Shown one piece after another: positions 62,227 through 64,000 of a stretch of DNA of 64,000 bases. Every line of letters begins with the position of its first letter. The stretch's first letter is position 1. The stretch covers positions 256,001 to 320,000 of the forward strand of contig CAVOUE010000006.1 in the NCBI GenBank assembly GCA_963699545.1, given 5' to 3'. The notes beneath the pieces are model-generated. The model was not told the origin of the DNA. It saw nothing but the letters and a program-made list of their open reading frames with translations, and made no database searches. A program made the translations under genes and the position numbers. Source of the stretch: Nitrospirota bacterium. Its GTDB lineage: Bacteria; Nitrospirota; Thermodesulfovibrionia; Thermodesulfovibrionales; UBA9159.

Positions 62227-63582
62227 ATGCAGAGCGTTCTGAAAATAATTGAAGACCTGGCATTAAAACACGATAAGATATCTCCGGATCTTGTGAAGGG
62301 AAAGAACATAAAGCTTGGTCTCCGAAACGAGGACGGGACAGGTGTCTTCGTAGGAATAACGAGCAAAGGACAGGTCATCGGCTACAAGAAAGAGATCCAA
62401 GGGGACGGGACCGAGAAAAAAGTGGACCTCGACGGTGAATTATACTACTGCGGATATAACATAAAGGACCTGGTCAGACACCAGCAGGAAGAAGGGAGGT
62501 TCGGCTATGAAGAGACAGCGTATCTTCTCCTCACAAGCGAGCTTCCGAACCAAAAACATCTTGATATCTTTACCGGCGAGCTTGCGCAGAGAAGATGCCT
62601 TCCGAAGGAAGCGAAAAAAATAATCCTCAACAGACCGCCCCATGACGACCAGATGGGTTCCCTTCACACAATAGTGTCCGCGATGCACTTGTTTGACGAT
62701 AATCCTAACTCCACCGACATAAAAGATCTTTCACGACAATGTATCGACCTTGTCGCAAAGTTTCCGACGATCGTTGCATACAACTATCATGCATCGACCC
62801 GACACAGAAAAGGGGCGTCAGAACTCATGGAGCCAAGAGAGGAATACAGCCACGCGGAAAATTTCCTCTACATGCTGCAGGGCAAGAAACCGGACAGGCT
62901 GACGGCAAACTTGTTCGACATGATGCTCGTCCTCCATGCTGAACACGGTGGCGGGAACAATTCGACATTCACGGTCAGGACCGTGTCCTCCTCCGGTGCG
63001 AACAGTTACATGGCGATCTGCTCGGGGATAGCGTCGCTTTCAGGACACCTTCACGGAGGCGCCAATGAAGCGGTTGAAAGCATGATGGAAAACATAAAAA
63101 CGAACGTGAAAGACTGGGATGATGACGGTGAAGTGTCCCGCTACCTTGAAAGGATACTCGACAGAAAGGCCAATGACAAATCGGGGAAAATATACGGTAT
63201 AGGGCACGCCGTCTATACCAAGTCAGACCCGAGGGCACTTATCCTTGAAGAGAAGGCAGAAGAGATCGCGAAAAAGAACAGCATGGGCAAAGAGTTTGCT
63301 CTGTACAGGAAAGTTGCCGGGCTGGCGCCTACACTCGTTAAAGAGAAGAAGGGGAAGGTGGCATCAGCGAACGTCGACTTTTATTCGGGATTCGTATACC
63401 GGTCGATGGGCATACCGAAAGAGCTCTTCACACCCATCTTTGCAATGTCAAGGGTGGCAGGTTGGTCAGCCCACAGGATCGAAGAGATCATACAGGGGAA
63501 ACTGATGAGACCGTCGTATTACTCGTCATTGCCGGACCTGAGAAAAGATTATGTGCCTCTCGCGCTCAGGAAGGACGGCTGA
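62227..63582 (+). CDS. gltA: Citrate synthase
   Basis: GLRNEDGTGV, LHAEHGGGNNSTF, HGGAN, GIGHAVY..DPR, NVDFYSG. Confidence 0.93.
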   Translation: MQSVLKIIEDLALKHDKISPDLVKGKNIKLGLRNEDGTGVFVGITSKGQVIGYKKEIQGDGTEKKVDLDGELYYCGYNIKDLVRHQQEEGRFGYEETAYLLLTSELPNQKHLDIFTGELAQRRCLPKEAKKIILNRPPHDDQMGSLHTIVSAMHLFDDNPNSTDIKDLSRQCIDLVAKFPTIVAYNYHASTRHRKGASELMEPREEYSHAENFLYMLQGKKPDRLTANLFDMMLVLHAEHGGGNNSTFTVRTVSSSGANSYMAICSGIASLSGHLHGGANEAVESMMENIKTNVKDWDDDGEVSRYLERILDRKANDKSGKIYGIGHAVYTKSDPRALILEEKAEEIAKKNSMGKEFALYRKVAGLAPTLVKEKKGKVASANVDFYSGFVYRSMGIPKELFTPIFAMSRVAGWSAHRIEEIIQGKLMRPSYYSSLPDLRKDYVPLALRKDG

Positions 63583-63798
63583 GGCCTGACTTAGTTGACA
63601 ACGCCTGAGATATTCAGAACCGCATGGGGCAGACTGGTGGAGATTCGAGAGTTCAAGCGCAAACACTCAAATGTTGACTTCACCGACTACCTGATAGGTA
63701 TTGCAAATCGAAACTCATGTTGATTTACAGGAGGAATACACACAAAAAAGGGCGAGATATTTAGCCTCGCCCTCAATACTATCATCAGATAGTCTATT

Positions 63799-64000
63799 TT
63801 AGTTTTCTGTTATTCTCCTTCTCCTCAGATAATACACAGAGCCAAGCCCTGCAAGCACCATAAAGAGTATAAACAGCGGTGTCATTGCTGAAAACCAATA
63901 ACAAAATAAGCCGCATAGGCCGCAAAAGCCCAGCAGACAAAAACAGCGATGGCAATAGAGCTGACTATCCTGTTTCGAAGGAAAGGTTCTGCACCGGCTG
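63799..64000 (-). CDS. 3' end of a membrane protein (partial, probable frameshift)
   Basis: Hydrophobic frames RIVSSIAIAVFVCWAFAAYAAYFVIG / AMTPLFILFMVLAGLGSVYYLRRRRITEN* read by eye. Confidence 0.4.
   Translation of the reverse strand, partial: SRCRTFPSKQDSQLYCHRCFCLLGFCGLCGLFCYWFSAMTPLFILFMVLAGLGSVYYLRRRRITEN

Noticed and set aside
1-64000. CRISPR array, rRNA or tRNA genes
   Set aside because: No regularly spaced repeat-spacer array or rRNA seen; the only tRNA-like structure belongs to tmRNA.

Overview
Bacterial chromosomal window, most likely Nitrospirota/Thermodesulfovibrionia-like (inferred from gene content). Many 1-nt frameshifts fall in housekeeping genes and are probably assembly indels. 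Left to right: (1) an acetate locus: SSF-PAS-histidine kinase (CbrA/CrbS-like), two tandem pairs of sigma-54-type regulator + cNMP-CBS-DUF294 nucleotidyltransferase, a DEDDh exonuclease, DUF485, actP and acs; (2) housekeeping genes (carbonic anhydrase, smpB-ssrA, amidase-GerMN-murI-rph, ftsH-folP, SlyD-like PPIase, rnr); (3) a cbb3 oxidase and maturation cluster; (4) a variable region between ccoI and ccoS, where a 573-bp copy of the ccoI 3' end occurs twice, each copy followed by an integrase-less integron fragment (attI-like site, one cassette, attC; one with a perfect consensus promoter), plus an inverted-repeat-flanked RAYT/Y1 transposase and a relBE-type toxin-antitoxin pair; (5) apgM, a TatD-radical SAM fusion, hisS, divIVA-yggT-proC-yggS, pgi, a SufR-like regulator, a PrsA-like foldase and hemL; (6) an 11-heme cytochrome followed by two cytochrome c/4Fe-4S/NrfD modules, then citrate synthase. 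The same palindromic element sits in frame inside two unrelated genes.
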